From positions 1,152,001 through 1,216,000 of the forward strand of contig CBDCNQ010000004.1 of the NCBI GenBank assembly GCA_965219445.1: a stretch of DNA of 64,000 nt, in the 5' to 3' direction. The position numbers and the translations under genes are program-made. Shown piece after piece: positions 20,059 to 29,458 of this stretch (its first letter is position 1; each line of letters opens with the position of its first letter). The notes under the pieces were generated by a model. It made no database searches. It was not told the origin of the DNA and saw nothing but the letters and a program-made list of their open reading frames with translations. Source of the DNA: Longimicrobiales bacterium. Its GTDB lineage: Bacteria > Gemmatimonadota > Gemmatimonadetes > Longimicrobiales > Gaopeijiaceae.

Positions 20059-21114
20059 TTACTCCGTCGCTTCCAGTCTCTTGGGGTCGTACGCTTCGCC
20101 CGTGCGCCACACCGCTAGCACGATCGAGGCGAGCTGACGCGCGATCGTCAGCTTCGCCAGATTCGGCTTCGTGCCCCCCTCCAGGAGTCGCTCGTAGTGG
20201 CGGTACAAGGGCTCGTCCTCGGCCCGACCGATCACCGTCGTCGCTGCGCCCTTGAACACACGCTTCAGCGTGTGGTTGAAGTTCCGATTCAGCCCCCGCG
20301 TCTGCTGTACCGGTTCCCTTACCCACCGCCCACCCGGACCCCGCACCCAGTCCGACGAGCTCCGCATCACGACGCCCAGTCCGCAGTACGCCCAGAACCT
20401 GCTCCGGCTCTGGAACCGGTACGGCGTCACCACCACCGGCAGGAGCTCCGCCGTCCGGATCGGACCCAGACCCGGGCACGTCTTCAGCACATGCCACTCT
20501 CGATGCTTGCGTGCTTCCGCCAGCAACGCCTTCTCGGCCTTCGCCCTCAATGCCACGAGTGCGTCGTGCTCCTCGTACAGCAACCCGGCCGTCGTCCTGC
20601 TCGCTTCCGGCAGCTTGGCCAACCACTCCTCCCGGTCGCGCTTTAAGTAGACCGAGCGCCCCGCGCCGTAGGCCACTCCTCTCGAGCGCAGCACGCTCTT
20701 GAGCCGGTTCTTCACCCGCACCGTGTCGCCGACCAAGAAGTCGTAGCTCTTCGCCCGTTCCCCCAGCCGCCTGAACTGGCCCCGGTTCTTGTAGACCGTC
20801 GTCTCCAGTGATCCGATCCGCAGCTTCTCCGCCAGGGCAAACGCGTCCAGCTTGTCGGTCTTCGGGCCCCGGCTCTTGCCGACCCCCGCCACCGTCAGCT
20901 CCTCCACGTGCGGCTTCAGCACCTCGTACAGCCACCCCGACAGCGTCCCTTCTTCCAGGCATAAGTGCCGGTTCCTCGGAATCCCTCGCAGCACCTCGAT
21001 CAGCGCCCGCGCGTTCGTCTCCACCACCTGCGAGCCCAAGCGCTTGCCGCTGGGGCCTACAATCCCCAGCGTGCAGCTCGACGCGTGTGCGTCGAGTCCG
21101 ATATACCTCTCCAT
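20059..21114 (-). CDS. IS110-family DEDD recombinase
   Basis: GLDAH, LEEG, KTDKLDA, CPGLG, YCGL..RSS; RBS GAGGAGG. Confidence 0.95.
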   Translation of the reverse strand: MERYIGLDAHASSCTLGIVGPSGKRLGSQVVETNARALIEVLRGIPRNRHLCLEEGTLSGWLYEVLKPHVEELTVAGVGKSRGPKTDKLDAFALAEKLRIGSLETTVYKNRGQFRRLGERAKSYDFLVGDTVRVKNRLKSVLRSRGVAYGAGRSVYLKRDREEWLAKLPEASRTTAGLLYEEHDALVALRAKAEKALLAEARKHREWHVLKTCPGLGPIRTAELLPVVVTPYRFQSRSRFWAYCGLGVVMRSSSDWVRGPGGRWVREPVQQTRGLNRNFNHTLKRVFKGAATTVIGRAEDEPLYRHYERLLEGGTKPNLAKLTIARQLASIVLAVWRTGEAYDPKRLEATE

Positions 21115-21309
21115 GGGCATCCTCCTCTTGGGTAGGACGGGTTGGGTTGCTTGCTTGCGCGAATAATGATGAACGCGCACCCGCTCCCGGAGGAGAACGC
21201 CTCTTCGTCTTCGGGCTGCTTCGCTGCTGATCGGTACCGGTAGCGGTCGCCATGCCCCTATGATGCCTTTGATCCTAGCTCCCTTGGCGACACACAGGGT
21301 GTGGCCTGG

Positions 21310-24279
21310 ATGGGTAGCTTCAACGAAGCCAATACGGTCGAAGCTTTCATCCGAGACCGTCTATGTGGCGGTACCACACATCACACCGCCGTCCGCTCCG
21401 GCCTGGCCCATCGTCACAGTCAAGTGTCCGGTCTTGGCTGGCACTACCTCGCACCACAGAATCTGTCACGCCAGCCGCACGAAGTCCTCGTTGAGGATCG
21501 TCTCCGTGAGGCGTTGATTCGACTGAACCCGGAAATTGCCGAACAGCCTGACCGTGCGGACGACGTCCTGTACAAGCTCCGCGCCATCATCATGGGCGTA
21601 CGTAGCGACGGGCTTGTCAAGGCCAACGAGGGGTTTGCGGCTTGGCTGACCGGCGAGCGGTCGATGCCGTTTGGCGAGCATGGCGAGCACGTGACCGTCC
21701 GGCTGATTGACTTCGAGGACCTCAAGCGCAATCAATACGTCGTCACCACCCAGTTCACCTACCGTGCCGGCGCGACCGAGAAGCGGGCGGATCTCGTCCT
21801 GCTGGTCAACGGCATTCCCCTGGCGGTAATCGAAGCGAAGACTCCCGTCCGGGCCAGCCAAAGCTGGTTCGACGGCGCACTCCAGATCCATGACGACTAC
21901 GAACGCAATGTCCCGGAGCTGTTCGTTCCAAACGTCATCTCCATCGCCACTGAAGGCAAAGAGTTCCGGTACGGGTCCATCGGTCTGCCGGTTGAACTGT
22001 GGGGACCATGGCGCATCGAGGCGGACGCTGAGACACCGGCCCTTGTGCGCATCGCCCAAGCCGTCGACTCGATGCTACGGCCGAATGTCGTTCTGGATCT
22101 ACTGGCCAACTTCACAGCGTACGCCACGGACAAGAATAAGCGCCGCATCAAGATAGTTGCGCGCCATCAGCAGTACGAGGCCATCAATCGAATCATGGAG
22201 CGTGTGGTCGCGGGCCACCCGAAAAAGGGTCTCATTTGGCATTTTCAAGGTTCGGGCAAGTCCCTCCTGATGCTCTTCGCCGCCCGCAAGTTGCGACTGC
22301 ATGCGGCGCTCAAGAATCCCACCGTGATGGTCGTGGTCGATCGCGTCGACCTCGACAGCCAGATTTCGAGCACGTTCTACGCCGCCGACACACCGAACTT
22401 GGTGAAGGCCGACAGTCGGGTCGAACTGCAGCGCCTGCTGACGCAGGACACTCGAAAGATCATCATCACGACGATCTTCAAGTTTGCGGAGGCCGAGGGT
22501 GTCCTGAACGACCGCGGCAACATCATCGCGATGGTCGACGAAGCCCATCGCACGCAGGAAGGCGATCTTGGCCGCACGATGCGCGAGGCGCTACCAAACG
22601 CTTTTCTGTTCGGCCTGACCGGCACACCGATCAACCGCGCTGACCGCAACACGTTTTACGCCTTTGGGGCCGAGGAGGACCAAGCTGGCTACATGAGCCG
22701 CTACGGTTTCGAGGAATCGATCCGCGACGGCGCCACGATGCCGCTCCACTTCGAGCCGCGGTTACTGGATCTGCACATCGACAAGGAAGCCATCGACCAG
22801 GCGTTCACGCAGCTCACGGGTCGCCTAAGCGACCTGGACAGGGACCAGTTGGCGAAGACTGCCGCGAAGATGGCGGTACTGGTGAAGTCCCCGGAACGGA
22901 TCCAGACGGTCTGCGCCGACATCGCGCGGCACTTCCAAGAGAAGGTCGCGCCGCACGGCTTCGGCGCCCAGGTGGTCACCTTCGACCGCGAAAGCTGTGT
23001 GCTCTACAAGGAAATGCTCGACGAGCACCTGCCGTCTGAGATGTCGGACATCGTGATGACGGTCAACAGCGGCGAGGACCAATATGCCGCGTACCGTCGC
23101 GACCGCGACGCCGAAGAGAAGCTGCTTTACCGATTTCGCGATCCAGCCGACCCACTGAAGATCTTGATCGTCACCTCGAAACTGCTGACGGGGTTCGACG
23201 CGCCTATTCTTCAGGCGATGTACCTCGACAAGCCGCTTCGAGACCATACGCTGCTACAGGCGATCTGCCGCACGAATCGGCCCTTCGGTGAGGTCAAGAC
23301 GCACGGGCTCATCGTTGACTATCTTGGGGTCTTCGACGATGTGGCGCAGGCGATTCAGTTCGACGAGGAAGGAATCACCAGGGTCATCAAGAACATCAGC
23401 GAGTTGGCTGGTCGTCTGCCCGAGGCTGTGCAGAAGTGCCTCGCGTACTTCCCGGACGTCGATCGGATCGTTACCGGTTACGAGGGCCTCGTGGCGGCGC
23501 AGGCCTGCTTACCGACCAACGACGTGCGAGATCACTTCGCCGCCGACTACAGCTACCTGGCGCGATTGTGGGAGGCCCTCTCACCGGATCCTGTCCTGAG
23601 TGCGCACGAGACCGACTACCGCTGGCTCACGCAGGTCTACGAGTCTGTGCGACCTTCGACGGGCACGGGCCGCCTTCTGTGGCATGCACTTGGCCCGAAG
23701 ACCATTGAGCTGATTCACGAGCACGTCCACGTTGACGCCATCAGAGACGACCTCGAAACGCTCGTGCTCGACGCCGATCTCCTTGAGGCTGTGCTCGGCG
23801 CGCCCGATCCAGGGAAAAAAGCGAAGGAGATCGAGATCAAGGTCTCGCGGTGGCTTCGGAAGCGTCTGCACGACCCTCGGTTCAAAGAGCTTGGAGAACG
23901 GCTGGAGGCGCTCAAGGAGAGACATGAGCGGGGACTGCTCACGAGTGTTGAGTTCTTGAAGGAACTGCTTAATCTCGCGCGGGATGTCGTGTCAGCCGAT
24001 CGCACGGTGCCTCCGATGGAACGCGAAGAGCAAGGGAAGGCGGCTCTTACCCAGCTCTTTGAAGAGGCGAGAAATCCCGACACTCCGATCATCGTCGAGC
24101 GCGTTGTGACCGACATCGACGAGATCGTGCGGTACGTTCGGTTCGACGGCTGGCAGAGTACGCATGCGGGCGAACGCGAGGTCAAGCTAGCCCTTCGAAA
24201 AACGCTCTTCAAGTACAAGCTCCATCAAGATCAGGAGCTGTTCAACAGAGCGTACGGCTACATCAGAGAGTATTACTAA
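21310..24279 (+). CDS. hsdR: Type I restriction endonuclease subunit R
   Basis: D..NG..EAK nuclease, QGSGKS, DEAH, TGTP, TGFD, QAICRTNR. Confidence 0.95.
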   Translation: MGSFNEANTVEAFIRDRLCGGTTHHTAVRSGLAHRHSQVSGLGWHYLAPQNLSRQPHEVLVEDRLREALIRLNPEIAEQPDRADDVLYKLRAIIMGVRSDGLVKANEGFAAWLTGERSMPFGEHGEHVTVRLIDFEDLKRNQYVVTTQFTYRAGATEKRADLVLLVNGIPLAVIEAKTPVRASQSWFDGALQIHDDYERNVPELFVPNVISIATEGKEFRYGSIGLPVELWGPWRIEADAETPALVRIAQAVDSMLRPNVVLDLLANFTAYATDKNKRRIKIVARHQQYEAINRIMERVVAGHPKKGLIWHFQGSGKSLLMLFAARKLRLHAALKNPTVMVVVDRVDLDSQISSTFYAADTPNLVKADSRVELQRLLTQDTRKIIITTIFKFAEAEGVLNDRGNIIAMVDEAHRTQEGDLGRTMREALPNAFLFGLTGTPINRADRNTFYAFGAEEDQAGYMSRYGFEESIRDGATMPLHFEPRLLDLHIDKEAIDQAFTQLTGRLSDLDRDQLAKTAAKMAVLVKSPERIQTVCADIARHFQEKVAPHGFGAQVVTFDRESCVLYKEMLDEHLPSEMSDIVMTVNSGEDQYAAYRRDRDAEEKLLYRFRDPADPLKILIVTSKLLTGFDAPILQAMYLDKPLRDHTLLQAICRTNRPFGEVKTHGLIVDYLGVFDDVAQAIQFDEEGITRVIKNISELAGRLPEAVQKCLAYFPDVDRIVTGYEGLVAAQACLPTNDVRDHFAADYSYLARLWEALSPDPVLSAHETDYRWLTQVYESVRPSTGTGRLLWHALGPKTIELIHEHVHVDAIRDDLETLVLDADLLEAVLGAPDPGKKAKEIEIKVSRWLRKRLHDPRFKELGERLEALKERHERGLLTSVEFLKELLNLARDVVSADRTVPPMEREEQGKAALTQLFEEARNPDTPIIVERVVTDIDEIVRYVRFDGWQSTHAGEREVKLALRKTLFKYKLHQDQELFNRAYGYIREYY

Positions 24280-24299
24280 ACTCAAGCGAGGCTGCAGGA

Positions 24300-24695
24300 T
24301 CGTCCAAGGTAGTGTGGGCTCAGCCGATGGCCATGGCACCATAGCCGAGGCTCGAACCGATGGAGGCTGTTGGCACCAGTGCCGAGCGCACCCAGAGCGG
24401 CGCGTAGTGCCGCGCATACTGGATAGCATGCCCCGCCTCGTGCGTGGTCACGCCGACGGCGGCGATGGAATCCGACGCATAGACCGGCTCGGAGAGCGCC
24501 AGCTTTCTTCGTCACCGGGTTGGAGTGGTCGGACAGCACGCCGTGGGCGCGGACAATCTGCACGTCGGTGATGCCTGCCCCGCGCAGGAGGGCCGCTGCG
24601 GCCTGGGCGTCCGTGAACCCGCGCCGACCCTGGACCTTCGCACAGTAGTTGAAGGTGCGCTTGACCCGCGCACTCGCCCAGGGCGAGAGTCCCAA
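24300..24695 (-). pseudogene. Frameshifted zinc metallopeptidase (YugP-like) fragment
   Basis: GVLSDHSNP then, in another frame, LALSEPVYASDSIAAVGVTTHEAGHAIQ. Confidence 0.7.
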
Positions 24696-24714
24696 TCCGG
24701 GGAGGGCGGGTTGA

Positions 24715-25270
24715 TTACTGACGATCCTAGGGGTCGAGCGCAGGGGGTTCCTGCTAAGTGCGACGCTCGGGCTCGCGATGTGGAACGCGATGAACTCGCT
24801 CGTGACGGGCGGCGTGGTGTTCGCGGTGGGTTACGGAGCCGGGTGGCCGGCCAGCCGGAAGGACCCCGACATGCTTGGCGTGCTACGCTCGGGGACGCGC
24901 TACCCGGCTCGCTTCGACCCTGGCAAGTGGGCCGACGAGCCCTGGCATCTAGTGATCCGGAGCGGGCGATGAGGATCTCCGCGGAGCTCAGGGACTACGA
25001 GGCGGCCGGTTCGCTGACCTAGGAGCTGCCCTACTGGGGCTGGCTCGAGGACGGCTGTACCTGCCCGACGCGCTCCGGCGAGCTGATCGCGGTCGGACGT
25101 CTGGAGCCCGCGGTCGTGGATGGGCGTTCACCCGAGCAGATCGACCGTGTGCTGGGCCGCTGGCAGCGTCTGCTCTCGGGGTTGGACGACCATACGCGTC
25201 TCTACTTCTATCTACTCCGCCGGCCGGCCTCGCCCGAGGCCGCGGACATCGCGGGCTCCGGCATCGTAGC
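24715..25270 (+). pseudogene. VirB3-like and N-terminal VirB4-like T4SS remnants
   Basis: TILGVERR..KDP..FDPGK followed by overlapping MRISAELRDYEAAGSL*ELPYWGW with an in-frame stop; family call from memory. Confidence 0.55.
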
Positions 25271-25824
25271 GGGTCGTTCCCGGCCTCCCCCCAATTTGGA
25301 CCTCCACGGTCCGACCAAACGGCTACGCTCACGCCGGCAACGCCTCGTATCGGGTGCGGCCAACCCCTGCCGCAGCGGCCCGTTCGTTTTGTATATCCGA
25401 AGTGATCCACAGCGTATCGGTGACCGGCTAACCGCCAGCGTAGTAACGGGTTACTGAATAATTCGCCGGTTCAACCCAGACTGCACGATCTGCCGCACTT
25501 GCCGTTGGCCGTTGGCTGATTGCAGCGTACCGAAATAGCGAGAAAACGGCATCGAATGTCGGGAATCCGGGTCGCATCGGGTCCCGTGTCAGCAGTTCGT
25601 CGTGAGTTCCTCACGCTGGCCAAGGTCACGTGGGTGGCCCCCCGTATGACGGCCCACACCTACGCGGGACTCTTCAGCGATCACAAGTGGACGATAGGTC
25701 AGTGGTGGTACGGGAAGGCAGACTGCTGCATCGACCGATGGGCCGGGAACGGGCGCGGCGCCCACACGATCGTTCACGAGGTCTTCCGCCTGTTCAGATT
25801 TCGGCGCCCGGACACACCGCCCGA

Positions 25825-25966
25825 CAGAGGCGTCGTCGCCGAGCCATGCGCGGAGCTTCTTCACGACAGTGCGCACGCGATTGGTATCGTCCGAGCCCCG
25901 GCGCCCCCACACTTGGCGGAGGAGCGCGTCCGTGGTCACCCCCGCATGGTCGTGGGTAGCCAACAA
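25825..25966 (-). pseudogene. OmpR/KdpE-type winged-helix fragment
   Basis: LLRQVWG...VRTVVKKLRAWLGDDA. Confidence 0.55.
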
Positions 25967-26069
25967 GCAATGCTCCCTCCTCGATCAGCAACGCCAGCAC
26001 CGACCGCAACTTCGTTAGGTCCTAAGCCGGGGGCGGTCCCGGGCAGCTCCGGGCGGGGCACCGTCCGCT

Positions 26070-27155
26070 TCAGCGGCGCACGGCCTCGAGCAGGAGCTGC
26101 CCGACCTCCTGGTTCTCCTTCAGTCCACCGAAGCGCTCCGCACCAGGACCCACGGCGAAGAGCGGAACGAACGCGGCCGAGTGGTCCTCGGTGGTGTACT
26201 GCAGGCTGTCGGTGCGGCGCTCGGCCGTGGGGAGGCCGATGCCGCCGGTCTCGTGGTCCGCGGTCACGACGACGAGCGTCTGGGGGCTCCGGCGGCGGAA
26301 GTCGAGCGCCAATCGCACCGCGTCGTCGAAGGCGAGCATCTCCCGGACGAGGATCTCGCGCCCGGCGTTCCGATGAGCCTCTGTGTCGGTGCCCTCGCTT
26401 TCCACCATCAGGAAGAACCCCCCGGGGCGGCCCTCCAGCATCTCGAGCGCGACGGACATCATGGCCGCAAGGCTGGGAGACCGCTCCACTGCGGGCGCCA
26501 TCTCGCCCTCGGCGAAGAGGCCGAGGAGAGCGGTCTCCTGATCGGTACGGACGGCTTCCAGCTCTGCGACGGACTCGACGATCTCGTACCGCTCCCTGGC
26601 CGGAGTCCAGAGATCGACGCCCGCCCGCTCCTCCGCAATGTCCAACAGCCCTCGTCCGCCCCCCATGAGCACGTCCACGGGCAGGTCGATCATCTGCCGG
26701 AAGATGCTCACTTGCTCCGTGCGTGAGAGGGCATGGGCGCCGAAGGCTGCCGGAGTGGCATCGGTGATGTACGTCGTCGTGACGAGCCCCGTCCCCATCC
26801 CTTGCCGCTTGGCGGCTTCCAGTACGGTTTCCAGGGAGGTCGAGTCGGGCCCGACGGCAACGGCTCCAAAGAACGTTCGGGTGCCGGTCGACAGCGCAGT
26901 GGCGCCCGCCGCGCTTCCCGTCACGACATGATCGTGGCCTCTGGTATCGACGAGGCCTGTCACGGGGAACTCCCGCACCGCCAGCTGGTTCCGGGCGAAG
27001 TGGGCAAGCGTCCAGTGCTCGACGCCCGCCCCGTCGGCGATCATCACGATGAGGTTTCGGGGCGCCAGCCCGCTCGGAGCGTCGGGGGTGCAGGCCGACA
27101 CCCAAAGCGCGGCGAGCGCGACGAGCCCGAGCGAAGGACGGGAAGATGCGGTCAT
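26070..27155 (-). CDS. Alkaline phosphatase, PhoA-like lipoprotein
   Basis: MIADG, GSAAGATA, DATPAAF, DTEAH, TADHETGG. Confidence 0.9.
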   Translation of the reverse strand: MTASSRPSLGLVALAALWVSACTPDAPSGLAPRNLIVMIADGAGVEHWTLAHFARNQLAVREFPVTGLVDTRGHDHVVTGSAAGATALSTGTRTFFGAVAVGPDSTSLETVLEAAKRQGMGTGLVTTTYITDATPAAFGAHALSRTEQVSIFRQMIDLPVDVLMGGGRGLLDIAEERAGVDLWTPARERYEIVESVAELEAVRTDQETALLGLFAEGEMAPAVERSPSLAAMMSVALEMLEGRPGGFFLMVESEGTDTEAHRNAGREILVREMLAFDDAVRLALDFRRRSPQTLVVVTADHETGGIGLPTAERRTDSLQYTTEDHSAAFVPLFAVGPGAERFGGLKENQEVGQLLLEAVRR

Positions 27156-27437
27156 TGAAAAGGTCCTTAGGCTCATCCTAGATCCACGCGCCGTCCTTGA
27201 TCGACCCAGACACTCAGGGGTTGGCGCTCTCGCTTCCTCCCCGCCAATCCGCTCCTCCGGTGGCGGAGTCCGCGGGTCCTGGCGCAAAGCGTCCTTTCCC
27301 GGGGCCTCCCGAGCACGCGGTCGGGCCCGCCGTCCGGAGGCTCTGAGTCGTTCCTATGCCGCGTGCGAGAATGTAGCAGGCCGGCTGTCACGAGCCCGAG
27401 AGCTTCTTGCATCGGCGCTTGCCAGCCCCCCGGCCGG

Positions 27438-28277
27438 CTAGGCGGTCGCCCTGGCCCCGGCGCGGCGGCGGAGCCACTCCACCGCGCACAAGAGCAGTAC
27501 GGCAAAGCCGATCAGGAAGGTCGCCGCGGCCAGGATCGCAGGACTGATCTGCTCGCGCACGCCGGCCCACATCTGTCGCGGGATCGTGCGCTGCGCCTCG
27601 CCGGCCATGAACAGCACCACCACCACTTCGTCGAACGAGACGGCGAAGGCGAACAGCGCGCCCGAGACGACGCCGGGTGCGATCAGCGGCAGCTCCACTC
27701 GGCGGAACGTGCGCCACGGGCCGGCTCCCAACCCGTTGGCGGCACGCGTCAGGTTGCGGTCGAAGGATGCGAGAGTGGCGGTTACGGTGATGACGACGAA
27801 CGGCGTGCCGAGAGCCGCGTGGGCCAGGATCAATCCCAGGTGGGTCTGCGCGAGGCCGAGCGCCGAGTAGAAGAAAAACATGCCGGTCGCCGAGATGACG
27901 AGCGGCGTGACCATGGGCGAGAGGAGGAGCCCCATCGCGAGACGGCGCGCCGGCATGGCGCGGTTCGCGAGCCCGAGGGCGGCCAGCGTGCCCAGGCCGG
28001 TCGCCAGCAGGGTGGCCGCCGTGCCGATGAACAGACTGTTCGCGAGGGCGCGCCGCCACACCGGGTCGCTGGTCACCTGGCGGTACCAGCGGAGCGAGAA
28101 CGCCTCGGCGTCGAGGCGCAGCATGCCCTCGGTGAACGTGAAATACGGCTCGACGTTGAAGCTGAGCGGCACCATGACCACCAGCGGCACGAGCAGGAAC
28201 GCGAAGATCCCTACGCAGGCCGCGAGGTAGGCCGCGCGCCCCACGCCCACGCCGACGCCGAGCCCCTCCGCCCTCAT
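27438..28277 (-). CDS. Polyamine-type ABC permease (PotC-like)
   Basis: EAA-like loop RAANGLGA, SFDEVVV. Confidence 0.88.
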   Translation of the reverse strand: MRAEGLGVGVGVGRAAYLAACVGIFAFLLVPLVVMVPLSFNVEPYFTFTEGMLRLDAEAFSLRWYRQVTSDPVWRRALANSLFIGTAATLLATGLGTLAALGLANRAMPARRLAMGLLLSPMVTPLVISATGMFFFYSALGLAQTHLGLILAHAALGTPFVVITVTATLASFDRNLTRAANGLGAGPWRTFRRVELPLIAPGVVSGALFAFAVSFDEVVVVLFMAGEAQRTIPRQMWAGVREQISPAILAAATFLIGFAVLLLCAVEWLRRRAGARATA

Positions 28278-29458
28278 CCCAGCCTCATCCGCTCCACCCC
28301 GACCACCCGGTCGTAGACGAGGTAGAGCGCCGCCACCGACAGGAGCAGGATCCCGCCCAGCGCGCTCGCCAGTCCCCAGTTCAGGGAGGTCTGCATGTGG
28401 TAGGCGATGAAGTTCGAGATCAGCTGGCCGCTTTGGCCGCCCACGAGCGCCGGGGTGATGTAGTAGCCGATGGCCAGGATGAAGACCAGCAGCGAGCCGG
28501 CGCCGACGCCCGGCACGGTCTGGGGCCAGTAGACGCGCCAAAAGGCCCGGGGGAAGCCGGCGCCCAGCGAGGCGGCGGCGGCCATCTGCCGCCGGGGGAT
28601 GGAGCGCATCACCGAGTAGAGGGGCAGGACCATGAACGGGAGCAGGATGTGGGTCATGGCCACGAGCGTGCCGGTCATGTTGTGGACCAGGGCGATGCGT
28701 CCGTCGTCGGCGACGAGCCCGGCCCAGACGAGCAGGTCGTTGATGACGCCCTGCGTCTGCAGCAGGACGATCCAGGATGTGGTGCGGACCAAGAGCGACG
28801 TCCAGAACGGCACGAGCACGAGCGCGAGCAGCCAACCGGCGCGCCGCACGGGGGCGTGCGCGATGAGGTAGGCGATGGGATAGCCCAGGAACAGGCAGAA
28901 CACCGTGACGGCTAGGCTGACGGCGAACGTGCGCCCGAACAGCCGTACGTAGATACGCTCGTCCGCCGGGCGGAGCTCGATAGAGCCGTCGGGCGCTCGG
29001 TCCAGATCGACGGCGTGCAGGTAGTGGCGCGCCGTCAGCCGGTCGCCGGCCGTGCGGACGGCGCGCCAGGTCCCCGGATCGCCCCACTCGGGGTCGATGT
29101 CGAGGAACGCCTCCGGCCCCGCGCCGGCCGGCATGTCACGGAACTCGCGCGCCGTCCGGACCAGGACGCTCCTGAGGCCGCCCTGCACTCGGTTGATCCG
29201 CGTGGCGACGCGGCCGAGCGTTCCTTCGTCCGCCGCGCGAGCGAGCTCCGTGGCGGCCGCGGCGTAGACGGCCTCGGGGGGCGGCTCCCGGCCGTCCCAC
29301 TCGCCGAGCAGGGCCAGCGTCTGGGGCATGACGTCCGCCACCGTCGGATCGTAGACGCTCCTGACGAGCATCATCGCTACCGGCAGGGCGAACGTGACCG
29401 TGATGAACGCAGCGAGCGGCAGGACCAGCCCGCCGGCCCTGAGCCGCGCTCGGATCAC
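28274..29458 (-). CDS. Polyamine-type ABC permease (PotB-like)
   Basis: PFWTSLLVRT, AAASLGA, YITPALVGG. Confidence 0.88.
   Translation of the reverse strand: MIRARLRAGGLVLPLAAFITVTFALPVAMMLVRSVYDPTVADVMPQTLALLGEWDGREPPPEAVYAAAATELARAADEGTLGRVATRINRVQGGLRSVLVRTAREFRDMPAGAGPEAFLDIDPEWGDPGTWRAVRTAGDRLTARHYLHAVDLDRAPDGSIELRPADERIYVRLFGRTFAVSLAVTVFCLFLGYPIAYLIAHAPVRRAGWLLALVLVPFWTSLLVRTTSWIVLLQTQGVINDLLVWAGLVADDGRIALVHNMTGTLVAMTHILLPFMVLPLYSVMRSIPRRQMAAAASLGAGFPRAFWRVYWPQTVPGVGAGSLLVFILAIGYYITPALVGGQSGQLISNFIAYHMQTSLNWGLASALGGILLLSVAALYLVYDRVVGVERMRLG

Larger units (their letters stand above)
19670..21265 (-). mobile_element. IS110-family element, IS1111 type
   Basis: Shared AAGG at both junctions, imperfect subterminal IRs (ATAGGGGCATGGCG / ATGGGGCTGGCG), about 390-bp non-coding end downstream of the recombinase. 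Confidence 0.9.
16400..21281 (-). mobile_element. IS256-family element (1386 bp of own sequence) with intron and IS1111 nested in its IRL
   Basis: IRR GAGGTTGGGTCAATAGGTGTGTAAA at 16400; IRL rebuilt from 21281-21266 + 19669-19667 + 17766-17761 = GAGCTAGGATCAAAGGGTGTGTAAA (20/25 match). Confidence 0.9.

Noticed and set aside
19634..21253. 539-aa ORF and similar long overlapping ORFs (e.g. 527-1960, 25520-26668, 36487-37896)
   Set aside because: Alternate-frame or antisense shadows in high-GC DNA without motifs
16391..21290. IS256 target-site duplication
   Set aside because: Flanks TAACGACA and CCTTGGCG do not match
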